A stretch of DNA of 64,000 nucleotides from Eledone cirrhosa. Its lineage: Eukaryota. The DNA lies in NCBI GenBank assembly GCA_964016885.1, contig OZ024747.1:15810001-15874000 (forward strand). The letters are read 5' to 3'. The notes under the pieces are model-generated. The model saw only the letters and a list, made by a program, of their open reading frames with translations, searched no databases and had not been told where the DNA came from. The translations under genes and the position numbers were made by a program. Within the stretch, counting starts at the first letter, position 1, and every line of letters begins with the position of its first letter. Positions 1 through 13,722 of the stretch are shown here, in pieces.

Positions 1-37
<37 letters not shown>

Positions 38-398
38 CGCGCTTGTTTGTGCGTGCGTACATGTGTGTCTGTGCGTGCCAAATAGAGATAGACATAAACA
101 AAGTGTATGAGAGAAAGACACGTATAATTTTAGTGGAAACATATAAGATAAAAGCAATCGAGAGTGCAAGGAAAATGAGCGATCTGCTGGTCCAGTGAAC
201 ATAACAGAAAATAGAGAGAAAAAAACACTTCATTACTGTAGTAAACAGAAATATTGAAAATCTTACATTGAAGATGCTATTTAATTGAACATCTTACAGA
301 TGTCGTATTTACAGAAAACAAATTCAAGTCTAGACAGCCATACACACATTAATGCACTTACATGACGCACGTACATTAATGCACTTACACACGCAAGC

Positions 399-434
<36 letters not shown>

Positions 435-504
435 GCATATATATATATATACATGCATATATATATACATGCATATATATGTGTGTATATATATATTTAT
501 ATAT

Positions 505-950
505 AAATATAAATGTATGTATAGAATATTTGGCAATATACCGTATGTTTAATTAAAACATATAGAAGACCATACGCTATCAGTGTTAAAGTAGTGACTA
601 TGTCACTTACTTCAGTTCAGCGAAAGAAGGGAGAGAAGTTGACAGCCTGTTTCACGCTGGTTGGCGTTCATCAGAGCCACGCACTCCCCTGCTTCCGCCG
701 AAAATTATAGTAGTTGGATTCTTATAGAATTCCAGTAATAAACAGGAACTGATTATATAGAGCGATTTCCGGTCCAGCAAAAAGTGGGTATTATGATTGG
801 TGCTCTGAAATAGTGATGTAACCATGAATGTATGTATAGTATATTTGGCAATATACCGAATGTTTAATTAAAAACATTTAGAAGACCATACGCTACCAGT
901 TTTAAAGTAGTGACTGTGTCACTTGCTTCTTTTCGCCGAAAGAAGGGAAG
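505..950 (-). mobile_element. PLE pseudo-LTR (pLTR)-like partial tandem repeat (family G), period ~316 bp
   Basis: GAAGACCATACGCTA...GTAGTGACT block at ~565 and ~881. An HHR lies between the two copies. The same sequence recurs at 56035-56160 and, inverted, at 57257-57400. Confidence 0.65.
633..682 (-). ncRNA. Type I hammerhead ribozyme
   Basis: Minus strand reads CTGATGA ACGC-caacca-GCGT GAAA CAG-g-CTG TC: perfect stems II and III and a GUC site, but a weak stem I. Confidence 0.75.
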
Positions 951-1139
951 TAAACGGAAACTGCAAAGCAAACCACAGAGAAGGATGAAGAAATATATTA
1001 GTTTAACACTAGGTATAGTAGGAAATGGGTTTCCATTAAGCAATCAGTCGACGCCACTGTGACTGTTCATGGCTTTTGCATGTCTTAATAAACTTGTCCA
1101 CACCAACCGGTTATTCACTTGAGTTTTCGAGGTGTAATG

Positions 1140-1500
1140 ATCGATTCCTTTCCTCTTCATATTCCTTTTTGCAGTATTTTTGAAACTCAGGCTAGCTCTT
1201 CCTTGCTTTCTTTTCCTCGTGAATATTTGCGCTTAAAGGATTAGTCCGGGGAGTCTCCTGTTGTCCATTCTTTTTAGATGTCCCAACCATCGTATGTTTC
1301 TATTCAATGAGGAATTCTATCATCGGAGATAGACCAGTATACCGCAGGATCTTTTCATTCCTGATCGCGTTAAACACAGTAATGTTCATGATTTGCCGCA
1401 GCTCTCTCATATAAGCATGTTAATTGTCTACTTGAGTTTTACAGACTGTCCAGTTTTCAGTTCCACACAATAGGGACGAAAGGATTACAGCCAAGGTATA
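1140..1500 (-). pseudogene. Degenerate RTE (BovB-like) LINE ORF, C-terminal region
   Basis: Minus-strand translation with stops: AVILSSLLCGTENWTV...IRNEKILRYTGL...RWLGHLKRMDNRRLP, typical of the RTE post-RT region. Confidence 0.7.
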
Positions 1501-1827
1501 CCTTACACTTGACCGTATAGAGCCTGTCAAAATAAGCGCTAGCTCTGCTCATTCTGTAAAGGTGGTTTATATATAAACAGAAGCCTAGATGTCAATAGGT
1601 ATGCTTGAGAAATTAAGGACATTTAGATAAATCTAAGGTAAAAGACTAATTGTCAACAATATCTTTTGCATTTCCATTTTTTATTCTATGTCCATACCTG
1701 CATTGTTTTGGCTTTACAAATTCAAACGTTTGTATATATATATATATATTTATATATATATTTATATATATATATATATATGTTTATATATATTTATATA
1801 TATTTATATAAGTTATATATATATATA

Positions 1828-1929
1828 TAAGTTATTCCGAGTTGAATCGGAGGTAAACACAGTAAGTAAAGTACTCAATACATACCAGAGTATAAATGTT
1901 TTAATAAAGAAGCTCTTCTTTATTAAAAA
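1828..1929 (-). mobile_element. 3' tail of pLTR family H9 ending in a small palindrome
   Basis: Reverse complement of the tail at 43615-43690 and 54198-54272. TTTTAATAAAGAAG-ct-CTTCTTTATTAAAA palindrome at ~1900-1929. Confidence 0.7.
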
Positions 1930-1968
1930 AAAAATATATATATGCATATATATATATAATTATTTATG

Positions 1969-2069
<101 letters not shown>

Positions 2070-2916
2070 GTATACATAGAGACAAACATACATATATAAA
2101 TAAAATGCATAAAAACAGATTTACATTGTGATGTGTGTGACACATATGCCCAATCATTAAAACACAAACACCATGTCGCATATACGCACAGACACTCACA
2201 CTCACATACACATACACACAACGCAAACAAGAACGAAAGACAGAGAGGGACTATTATATTGACACATATATGTCAATATTTATACTAGTAATATAAAGAG
2301 ATAAAGAGATAGGGAGGAAGGAGGCCAATGTATTGTATTTGTTATATGAGGATAATACGAAAGAATAACTGTGAGAAACTAAAACGGACTGCTCTGCGAG
2401 CGAACAACAATATTATTAATAGGAGACGAACGTATAATCTTTGTTACATGAAAAGACTCTCTTTTGTCTTTTGATGTGTCTTCATCACCTTAGGACAGTG
2501 GGAAATGTCCTGTCTTATTTTTTACCACATGCTGGCATGTGTTAGCACATTTTCGTTTGTAACACAAATTTAATTGATTCTGACCTACGCCTGTGTTTTT
2601 GACGTATATGAGCATAACACTCATTTCCTCTCTCGTTTTTGACACTTACGTGTGAATGAAGTTGAAGTTCAAAGAAATTGCATCCGGTTTTAGCACACGA
2701 ACCATTTATCTCTTAAAAGACCTGTATTACTTCCCAATAACTTCTTCACCTGCGTACATTGAGAAACGAAACAAAATTTTCCAATTTTTCTTTCATTCAT
2801 TCTATCTATATATATATCAATCTAGATACGCACTCACACACACATACACACACATCCCATATATATATATATATATATTCATATCTATTTATCTATTCAT
2901 ATATTCTCTTTCTCCC

Positions 2917-3007
<91 letters not shown>

Positions 3008-3012
3008 CTCTG

Positions 3013-3051
<39 letters not shown>

Positions 3052-3097
3052 GTACCGCTAAGTATTTATCTATCTATATTTTCTCTTTCTCTCCATT

Positions 3098-3154
<57 letters not shown>

Positions 3155-3739
3155 GGAGAGAGAGAGAGTGTGTGTGTGTGTGTGTATGTACCTCTCTATT
3201 TAAGTATCTATCTATAAATCTATGTCTGTTTATCTTGATATTTTCTTCGCTTTTTCATATTTTCATTCTAACCTTTTTTTATCTACACTTATTGTATTAT
3301 CATTTGTCTGTTTCGTTTTGTTTTATTTTGTCGGTGTTGCGGAGTGGCGTCTATTCATTCTCTCCCTAAACAGCGCCTTTGAAGTTTCATAATCCTATAT
3401 AGGACGAAACAATTGAAACACTATAGTAAGCTTATATGTTTCGCATAAGTAAGGACAGTAATATATATATATATATATATATACCAATACATGTACACAC
3501 CGACATGCACACGCATACACGTATACAGGTGTATATGTATGTGCTAGTTTGCATATGTGGTGTGAGCGTTCGTTTTTAATATGTGTATATGTATATATCT
3601 ATGGAAGTGACAATATATATTTATAGAGATAAAAATACATATTTATATAATTATTCTTGTTCAGTGATATGCGGATGTCCCGAACGATGAGCCCTTGCCG
3701 TTTCAACATTTCCAAATGGTTTAACTAGTTGCAACCTGG

Positions 3740-4011
3740 TTCTATCCCAAAAGTCAGCTCGAGACTAGTACAGAGGAAACTGAGGTTAGCTTCGACATGC
3801 TGACCGACATGCAGAGTTGACACAGCACTCAGTGCTCCTGTGGGAGCCCCTGCATGGACACACTGGTTAACATATGCTGGTGCCCTAAGGACAGATACTG
3901 GTCTCTTGGAGACGCAGGGCATGGCAGCGATAGTGAGGGACAGAGACCGTTGGAGAGAACTCGTCCAGGGATCACTGGAATTTTACCCGCCCTATATAAA
4001 TATATATATAT

Positions 4012-4042
<31 letters not shown>

Positions 4043-4080
4043 TAGAGAGAGAGATAGATAGATAGTTAGATAGATAGATA
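3740..4080 (+). mobile_element. RTE-like LINE 3' fragment with (TAGA)n tail
   Basis: Homologous to 32362-32617 and 53255-53540 (RLRLAGH...LLWEP...RDRWRELV), with an internal deletion. Confidence 0.75.
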
Positions 4081-4334
4081 CAGTGTACTCCTGGCATTCG
4101 CGGAATTATCCATAGAATCGTAAATATCTTCCGCGATTTTTTAATGTCTTTTTTTCGTGGCAATATATATATTTGTAATTCTAAATTATTAATAACAATA
4201 TACCGTATTTGCGGACCTATTGGACCCCACTTCGTATGAAACCTTTCCTCTTATTTTTTCAAATTGTATTTTACGTAATATTTTGGCGTTCATATGTATG
4301 TTTAATAATCCCGGTTTTTCACTCTTCGCGGGAC

Positions 4335-4386
<52 letters not shown>

Positions 4387-4388
<2 letters not shown>

Positions 4389-4673
4389 CATCGGAGGTGA
4401 TGAAGTCAGGCGGAGAGCAGCTCTGGAAAATCCTCGCCGAGCGATTCTCACACTATCTGGACGAGGGAAGAATACCCTCACAGTGGGAAGAGTCGAATAG
4501 CATCCTGCTATACAAGAAGGGCGATAGAGAAGATCTGAAGAACTACCGACCCATATGCCTGCTGTCTCACGTGTACAAGCTATTCACGAAGATAATCATG
4601 AACAGGTTATCACGTCATCTGGACGAAAAGCAACCGAGAGAGCAAGCCGGCTTCCGGAAAAACTACAGCACGC
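4387..4673 (+). pseudogene. Internal RTE-clade reverse transcriptase fragment inside (TA)n
   Basis: Open frame ...IPSQWEESNSILLYKKGDREDLKNYRPICLLSHVYKLFTKII...QPREQAGFRKNYST, the N-terminal RT motifs of non-LTR elements. Confidence 0.9.
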
Positions 4674-4689
4674 TATATATATATATATA

Positions 4690-4935
4690 CATTATGTCAT
4701 GTACAAGGGGCCCATGTCAATATTGTCAATCTATGCTAGTAGAATCCTTTGCTTAATTGACTCAGCTGACGTACGTCTGGAACTGAACTTAGCAGTCAGC
4801 AAAGGATTCTACTAGCTTAGATTGACAAGATTGACATCTGCCTCTTGTACAAATACATGACATAATGCACCGTGAACGTGTTTACGACCGTACGATTGGG
4901 TGACACCACTAACAAATATCTCGACACCATTATTA
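4690..4935. mobile_element. Fold-back insert (arms 4690-4753 and 4798-4867, plus right-hand tail)
   Basis: CATTATGTCATGTA...TAGTAGAATCCTTTGCT is inverted against AGCAAAGGATTCTACTAG...TACATGACATAATG. Confidence 0.65.
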
Positions 4936-4940
4936 ATTAT

Positions 4941-5120
4941 AATTAATTCTACTTTGGGGACAAGGCCAGCAATTATCCCAGTGTATTTCTGGTACTTTAT
5001 TTTATCAACCCCGTATGGATGAAAGGCAAAGTTAACTTCGGCGAGATTTGAACTCAGACCATAAAGGGCCGTAATTCATTATGGTCTGAGTTCAAATCCC
5101 GCAGAAGTTAACTTTGCCTT
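4941..5120 (-). mobile_element. tRNA-derived SINE, 5'-truncated, with inverted duplication
   Basis: GACAAGGCCAGC...GGATGAAAGGCAAAGTTAAC...GATTTGAACTCAG (B box on minus). 5023-5063 is inverted at 5079-5120. Confidence 0.85.
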
Positions 5121-5499
5121 ATTATTAATTACAATGATATATGCGAACTTCCAAATCATTTTTATTTAATTTCATTTTAGATCTAAATTTACCATGTATT
5201 TTAGAACCTTTTATTGAATTACACAAAACAACGAATGTTGATGGGGATTTTGATGTTATTTTGTGTGTTTCCTTTATTTTATTCTTCGTCAAATAGAAAT
5301 TTGCAAGGCAGTAACACTTCTGTCTCTTAAACACCTTCCGCTAAACCAGTGCCATGCTATCAAGAAATATTTATTCATCATATTTTTAGGTACAAGAAAA
5401 TGTGGTGTTTCAGTTTGTATGCGTGTATGAGAGATAAACTTGATTAAAATCTACTTAACACGTAAGAGGCCTTTTTTTACACTCGATTTGCTATTATCA

Positions 5500-5557
5500 A
5501 TATCATCATCATCATCATCATCACCATACTCATCATCATCACCATCATTATCATCAT

Positions 5558-5598
<41 letters not shown>

Positions 5599-5661
5599 GC
5601 AACATCAATCTCATTGTTGTTGTTGTTATTATTGTTGTTTTTCTTGTTGCCGCTGTAGTTG

Positions 5662-5706
<45 letters not shown>
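5500..5706. repeat. Compound trinucleotide microsatellite (CAT)n-(CAG)n-(TTG)n-(TTA)n
   Basis: Directly visible. Confidence 0.95.
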
Positions 5707-5963
5707 GCATTATGTGACACACATATACTTGCTATGTTTCCATGTCTCTTTTATATCCTATTCTTTCTTCCCTTTTCTTCTAGTTCTTTTCTTCCCTTCT
5801 TCTACCGGCAAATAGATATGTCGACATGAAACTATTTTTTTTTATTTTTGTTTTCTTATTGCTTTTATGTGTTTTTTCTATGTCTTTTTATATCAGTGAA
5901 TAGGTGTTTATTTATAATTGAATGTGTTTTGCTAGTGTCTGCTTGGATATATATATATAAATA

Positions 5964-6044
<81 letters not shown>

Positions 6045-6118
6045 TTATATATATACATATATATATATACATATATATATACATATCTATATACATATAT
6101 ATATACATATATATATAC

Positions 6119-6212
<94 letters not shown>

Positions 6213-6567
6213 AGGGAAACCGTTGAATTTGACTATTTATTTCCCTTGTCTGCTACTTGTGCTGTGTTGTGTTGTTTTGTTCTGTTGTTTTCTCTTCTCT
6301 TGTATTTGTTTTTACTTGCTTGCTGCAAATAAACGATATTGGTCTTGTCATTTCAGCTCTGTTGATTATAAACTAACTTGTCTAGCTAGCATTTCTAGGA
6401 TGGCTTGATTAAATACGACATCACTTCTCTTAATTTGATCAGTCCAAATCTGTATTGCATATTAATTCACGGAATATTTCTTTCTCTATTATTGCTCCTT
6501 CTTTTATATAGATAGAGAGATAAAGAGAGAAATATACAGACGTAGAGATAGATAGCGAGGGAGCCAG

Positions 6568-6640
<73 letters not shown>

Positions 6641-6644
<4 letters not shown>

Positions 6645-7090
6645 AAGTTCTATTTAAATTGTTGGAATACAACAAGCAAATATTTTTATAACTGATATAA
6701 AGCACTCAACAAATAATTGGAGTAAAAATACAACAAATGGAAACTATATTTATAAAACCATATTTATTTCATTGTACATATTTCAAGGACACCAAGTTAA
6801 ATTATGGTGTGCTTTCATCAGATAAAATATAATATAGATCAGTTTTATAAATAAATATTGACATACCCTTAAATAATGCAACCATCACTGTTGGAAGCTC
6901 CCGTATAGTCCCGGAGCTTCCAACAGTAATGGTTGCATTCTTTAAGGGTATGTCAATATTTATTTATAAAACTGATCTATATTATATTTTATCTGATGAA
7001 AGCGCACCATAATTTAACTTGGTGTCTTTGAAATATGTATAATGAAATAAATATGGTTTTATAAATATGGTTTTCATTTGTTAATATCGT
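6641..7090. mobile_element. pLTR fold-back insert, family A
   Basis: Arms ~6732-6900 and ~6913-7082, extra tail on the left, (TA)n on both sides, one HHR motif per arm. Confidence 0.85.
6985..7049 (+). ncRNA. Minimal type I hammerhead ribozyme (family A)
   Basis: TATTTTAT CTGATGA AAGCGCACCA-loop-TGGTGTCTTT GAAA TATGTA TA ATGAAATA. The mirror copy at 6765-6829 (-) has its cleavage-site U changed to C. Confidence 0.8.
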
Positions 7091-7134
7091 ATATATATAT
7101 ATATATATATATGTACGTGTGTGTATGTGTCTGT

Positions 7135-7237
<103 letters not shown>

Positions 7238-7567
7238 TATATACATATATATATATGGAGAGAGGGTTTAAGAGAGAAAGGCTTACATCTCTAACTTCGC
7301 GTTACACAAATTCCTTTCTGTCTTTCGTTAATTCCAAATATTTCAATCATTACTCTCTCTTTAATATCTTTTTTTCTGTCTCTGTCTCTCTTTTTCTCTC
7401 TCTCCTCTTCCCTCTCTCACACACGCTCTCTCTCTCTCTCTTCCTCTCTGTTTCTTTCTCAATCTCTCTCTCACACACACACACACACAAACACACATAT
7501 ATATATATATATATATTTCAGGTCTGTTAATTATAAACTAACTAAATATATATATATGTATATATAA

Positions 7568-7600
<33 letters not shown>

Positions 7601-7773
7601 AATATATATATATGTATTAGAAAATATATAGCTTTCACCGTATTGTTGACTAAAGGTATTTTAGCCTGATAATGGAGTTTAGAACCATCAGATAAATGTA
7701 AAAAGATGAGTATTGACGTACATGTATGTATATATATGTATATATATATACATATATACATACATATATACAT

Positions 7774-7825
<52 letters not shown>

Positions 7826-7869
7826 AGAAAAAATTTACGAAATGGAAATGCGGGTATATAGAATTTATT

Positions 7870-7986
7870 AGGTAACAATTGTTTCTATAGTGTATGAGTT
7901 ACCTATACCTCGCTATTTGAATAATACACAAATATTATCAAAAACCGAAAGTACACTGTAAGCCAACACACCATGTCATCAGACCT
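7870..7986 (-). ncRNA. Type I hammerhead with enlarged loop II
   Basis: AGGT CTGATGA cATGGTGTGT-(~70 nt)-ATACACTATa GAAA CAATTG TT ACCT. Confidence 0.7.
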
Positions 7987-8396
7987 TTGTATTAGAATGA
8001 TATGAAAATATTTTATACACTAGATAAAAGATAAAGAAGGAGGTAGGAAGAGAAGGGGAAGAGGGAAGTGAGTAAGGTGGAGGGAGTTTTAGGGTTTAAG
8101 ACTGTCAGACTAGTAGAGATTGTGAAGAGAGAATGTTTTGGCAGCAGTTAGCTTAATGAGGCGTGCTAAGTTTGGCTGGGAAGTAGATACTTCTCGTGGT
8201 GTTGTTCGGACAAAATTTAGTTAGAGGGGTCAAAGTGGTACAATGTCACAGACAAGTTATTAGGGCTATTATAGTAGCAGGTTATTTCTAAAGGGGTCCA
8301 GAAAAATAGTGTTTAGTACCATTATTATAGAAAGCCATATCTAGTGTATAAACATATAAGACAGAAATTTGCAAACGTCGGTGTAAAAAGGTAACA

Positions 8397-8830
8397 TTAT
8401 ATGCATTTAAAAAAAGAAAAAGTCGTTTTCAAACGATGGTTACAGTATAGAGAACGTTCAATTTTGCTGTTCAAAAGTTTGTTTACCGACGTTAAAATGC
8501 AGTATATCTCTAAATTGCATAACTTGCAGAATCGATGATTTTGCTGATATGCAGGCGCAGCTGCAATAATTTGCCAATCAAGGGAGAACGCTTGATTGTT
8601 CCTCCGAAGCTGCCAGGCTTTATCGGCGAGGGTTGTTACGGAGCGCATTTTCTCGTGCCTGATCGAAGATCGATGTTGGTATAGGCGAGCCTTGAAAGAA
8701 GTTGCGGTACATCCGACGTAATACCATTTGTTGGTCCCGGAATTTATTGTACACCGGTAGACAATATTGCGTGCTAGGCACTGGTTATTCAGTGGGCACG
8801 TACCTGGTTTGGTGCAGTTACAACTATTTT
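8397..8830 (-). pseudogene. PLE GIY-YIG endonuclease domain
   Basis: SCNCTKPGTCPLNNQCLARNIVYRCTINSGTNKWYYVGCTATSFKARLYQH...CKLCNLE...CNHR, in frame with ORF 8397..8648. Confidence 0.88.
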
Positions 8831-10475
8831 TATGTTTTGCAGTAGAATTTGGATAGTTTGGTGGGGTTGCGGTTGCGTGTTAGTGCGTTGCATGTTGCTA
8901 TGCTGGTGCGCTGAGTCATTAGGGATGTACTTATTCAGTATTGCTGAGTTGAGTTTTCTAATTAGTTGTTCTATGTTAGGTGCAGTGGAGTATGAGAGTC
9001 TAATGGTGCGCGAGTTAAAGATTTTATAGTATTTATGTGAAGTTGTAAAGTGTTTATTGATTAGTGTATAGAATTGTGAGATAATCTTAGTGCTAATAGA
9101 AGAATTGTACACGGGGTTATACCATATGTACTCTCTACGTCTGACTCTATTTGCTGGTTTGCACCTGTTAGTATGCCTATTGATGTGTGTGTGTGGTGCA
9201 ATACTAGTTCGACTTAGATGTGTTTTATTCATAGTACTTATGTGGTTATCGTCTAGATATTCAATTTTCTCGCAGTAACCAGCTTTTTTAAGTGCGTCAT
9301 TATAATATTCAGCATGCTCGTTGAAGGTCTGCAAATTAGACGACAGTCGGGAGATCCTTATGGATATATTTTTAGGGATAGATTTAATAGTGGAATGAGG
9401 ATGGTTCGATTTTACATTAACGTACTTAAGATTTTCATTAAGTTTGTGAAATGGCTCTATATTACCGTTATTATGGTTGAAGGTAACATCCAAGAAGTTG
9501 ACCACCTTAAGATTGTGTTCAAAGGTAATATTAAGCCCTAGTTCTAAGAAAAGTTTCCTAATGTTTTTACGTCGCCTTTCTAGGTTTTGTTTGTTCATAT
9601 TCTTGACTAATAGAAGTGTATCGTCGCGGTAATTTTCCGCCGTGGAGGTCCGTAAATTCGCTCTGGAGTCTATGGGCTATATAGATCCCAACCAAATCCG
9701 TGACCTCCGCCGAATCATTAGAACCCATCGTAATGTCGAATTCCGAGGGTCTATCCCTGCGGACCCAATAACTATTTTCAAAGTGCACTACTGTGCGTCT
9801 AGCTTCAAGTATAATATTAATTTCCTCGTTTGTGAGGTCCGAGTTAGTCTTAGCGAAAGAGAGGGCCTTATGCAGGGTTTCGGGTGAAATAGAGGAATAG
9901 TATTCATCTATATCGAATTGAATAAAAGAAGATTTGTTTTTGTCCCTAATGTTATTGAACCATCTTATTGCCTGATGAGTATTACCCCATAATTTAATAT
10001 CTACCTTAGCCTTAACTTGGGGGATAATACGATCTAATATGTACTTACTAATCCTACCTATATCGGACTTTGAAGGACATATTAATCTAATTTTAGGGTT
10101 AGTATCGAAGTTATCCTTATGGTCCTTCAGATTAAAAGTCGGTGTAGCTGGGGATAGGGGTACCGTTCTGTCGTCAATTTTCAGTTTCCTAACAATATCA
10201 CATGCTGCGTTATTAATGTTGGTTAGTGTTGTTGCGTTTGTTTTTTTGTATTTCCTATGTAATTCCTTACGTATAAAATTGTTATATGTTTCTACATCCA
10301 GGGTGTATAGATTCGAAGTTTTGTCTGCCTTTATGATAATTCCTTTGGTATTCCTTAGGTTGTTGAGTAGAGTTTTAATATCTCGTTGCAGTTCGTTTTT
10401 CCTTCCGTTTGTAAATTTGATTCCGGTTATCATTTTCATTAAGTCCTGTTCGAAAGAATCCAAAAGAGTCTTCAA
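8789..10475 (-). pseudogene. PLE reverse transcriptase and thumb (two frameshifted ORFs)
   Basis: ORFs 9567..10475 and 8789..9598 (VNFLDVT, YVNVKSNHP, IWYNP). Confidence 0.9.
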
Positions 10476-10504
10476 ATTTATTATTTTTACTATATATATA
10501 TATA

Positions 10505-10980
10505 TATATATTGGTAAACGGAATAGAAAATGCTGACAAATTGTTCACAGTTGAAAAATGGTTTAATTAGGAATAAAAGAGTATTAGTGATTGTATGGGT
10601 TAGTATTCAGTTGTGGTTTTAAGTTTTTAAGTTTTTACCGGTTGCGCATTTCTAAATGCTTTTCAAAAATAATTTTGAGATAGAGTGTCCGTGCTGTTTG
10701 CTCGGATCAGAGCAAACAGCACGGACACTCTATCTCAAAATTATTTTTGAAAAGCATTTAGAAATGCGCAACCGGTAAAAACTTAAAAACTTAAAACCAC
10801 AACTGAATACTAACCCATACAATCACTAATACTCTTTTATTCCTAATTAAACCATTTTTCAACTGTGAACAATTTGTCAGCATTTTCTATTCCGTTTACC
10901 AATATATAATAACTTGTGTGTTACACCTCTATTCTTTTAACTATATATATATATATAGTTAAAAGAATAGAGGTGTAACA
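10505..10980. mobile_element. Apparently perfect ~199-bp fold-back plus tail, followed by a small palindrome centred on (TA)n
   Basis: Arms 10505-10703 and 10710-10908 with loop GGATCA. GTTACACCTCTATTCTTTTAAC-(TA)n-GTTAAAAGAATAGAGGTGTAAC at 10920-10979. Confidence 0.85.
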
Positions 10981-10984
10981 AATA

Positions 10985-11995
10985 GGGTCAAGCAAAGACC
11001 GAGAAAACTGGGCGCCTGGCACACTGAGTGTGCCCAGGCGCTCACCGCCCTCTGGCAGGCGGATCCGGTTATCAGTGGAGACTCCACCGCAACATTCTAT
11101 AGAGGGCTGGTACGCAGCAGGTGCGACGACGCCCTCGGAGAAGCCCTAGACATGGAGGAGGACGAACTGGCCAGCCTGTTCGGTAGGACATTCAGCCCGG
11201 GACCTATGGACAACTTCCAGAAGTCCCTGGCCTGGCAGTGCTACCGAGGGGCTTTACCCGTTCGAGAAAGGCTCTACAGACACGGGCGCCCGGGTAGGGA
11301 CCCCGCCAAAAAGATCTGTCCCAGATGCGTGTGCGACGAGGAAACCGTTGCACACGCATTGGTACACTGCTCGGGCGCAGCCGATCTGTGGGGCTATGTC
11401 GAACAACTGCTGTCAAGGGTGGGACCGATCCGGTTGACCACCGAGTCTATTGTAATGATCAAGCCGCCTCCCCCCTTCAAAGATGAAGCAGAGGCGGTGT
11501 TTCTGTGCGTAATAGCCATGGCGAAAGAGGTTGTATGGTGGACGCGTCTGAAAGGACTGAGGTCAGGCACCTTTCTCTCTGGCCAACAACTGGTCCGTTT
11601 CTTCCGATATCATTTCGGAAGAAGGATCAGGATGGAGAGAGAGGTGCTGCACCCCAGCCGTTTCTATGAAAGATGGGTGAAAGTGGCGAGAATGGCCCGT
11701 GTGAATGGGCCTTCACTCTACATCAGACTATAGGTGAGGAAGATGAAAGACCAAGGGAGCACCCCTTCTCTGTGCTCCTGAGGAGAAGGGTTGCACACTT
11801 TTTTCGGGGGTGTGTGCGACCCCCCAAGGCGCCTCCTCTCTATTGAGGATTTTGTTAAAAATTTTATTTTTTGTGATATCTTATTTTATTTTTATATTTT
11901 GTTATTGCCTCCTCCTTATTGAGGACGCCTTTTTGTGTAAACTCCCCCCTTTGTACTTGTCCCACTTTTGATGCCCTAGTGGCAAATAAAAGAAA

Positions 11996-11997
<2 letters not shown>
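10985..11997 (+). mobile_element. Tx1/L1-clade LINE 3' end (zf-RVT region plus 3' UTR)
   Basis: ORF 11152..11733 has LAWQCYRGALPV...CPRC...ETVAHALVHC (CCHC zinc finger). The UTR ends AATAAAAGAAATC into (TA)n. Confidence 0.85.
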
Positions 11998-12049
<52 letters not shown>

Positions 12050-12062
12050 TACGTACATATAA

Positions 12063-12509
<447 letters not shown>

Positions 12510-12623
12510 TGTATATTTATATATATATATATGTATATTTATATATACATATATATATGTATTTATGTATATATGTATATATGTATGTATATACATATAT
12601 ACATATATATAAATATATCTATA

Positions 12624-12737
<114 letters not shown>

Positions 12738-12887
12738 CATATATATACATATATATATAATAAATTGGAGTGAAAGCAACTGCTGCGTGGATTTCTTATT
12801 GGCAACATGACCCTCCCAAAGTATAACAATGTCGGTTTCTACACACTTTTTCAGATAAAGAATCTTGCTAAACAAATTCAGTAATGA

Positions 12888-12952
<65 letters not shown>

Positions 12953-12991
12953 AAATATACATATATGTATATATATATGTATATATATATA

Positions 12992-13212
12992 TAAATGAAG
13001 TAATTCCGTCGGAAAAGTCCAGGAAAAAAGAGTGCTCCATGTAGGTAACAGAGCTTAATAGTTACGTAATAAACAACATAAGGCAATTATTCCATTTACA
13101 ATAAACAGACCAGGATTTTTTTCATTCTGAGGATTGAAAGCAAAATCTTTTGCTTTTAAGAAACCACTGGTAATTGGAATAATTTCCTTATGTTGTTTAT
13201 TACATAACTATA
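12992..13212. mobile_element. pLTR fold-back insert with HHR
   Basis: TAGTTACGTAATAAACAACATAAGG...TTCC is inverted against GGAATAATTTCCTTATGTTGTTTATTACATAACTA. Flanked by (TA)n. Confidence 0.8.
13120..13180 (+). ncRNA. Type I hammerhead ribozyme
   Basis: CTGAGGA TTGAAAGCAAAA-tc-TTTTGCTTTTAA GAAA CCA-c-TGG TA, with imperfect stem I. Confidence 0.8.
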
Positions 13213-13224
13213 TATATATATATT

Positions 13225-13285
<61 letters not shown>

Positions 13286-13533
13286 CTGATGTCGTCTGTG
13301 TGTCCTCATTTTTGCAATGTCTATACAAATCCACATTTATACTCCGATCTATACTCCGATTGACTTCAAACTGCATTTACATATTCCTTGCAGTCTAAAG
13401 ATACTAACTGCAGCTTTAATTTTTTAATTTTCTGTTGTTAAAGGGGTGTTATCGATCTCCGACGAGCCCTTATAATATCTGTCTGTATGTGTGTCTGTCT
13501 GCATAACGACATTCTGACGAACACGTCATTGAT

Positions 13534-13586
<53 letters not shown>

Positions 13587-13635
13587 TACATCTAAAGAGA
13601 GAAAGGGAGGTGTAGAGAGAGAGATACAAGATAAT

Positions 13636-13722
<87 letters not shown>

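Larger units (their letters stand above)
7825..10490 (-). mobile_element. Penelope-like retroelement, Naiad-type, 5'-truncated and frameshifted
   Basis: RT with KADKT, FDIDEYYSSI and FDITMGSNDSAE, YRDD after a frameshift near 9630, CNC...CPL...CL linker, GIY-YIG domain and a 3' HHR. (TA)n at both ends. Confidence 0.9.

Noticed and set aside
6732-7082. ADAR (A-to-G) signature between hairpin arms
   Set aside because: The differences are mixed A/G and C/T transitions, consistent with ordinary mutation.
8397-8850. Selenocysteine (UGA) recoding, as reported for some Naiad PLEs
   Set aside because: The linker and EN cysteines here are TGT/TGC. The TGA ending ORF 8789..9598 is out of frame after a frameshift.
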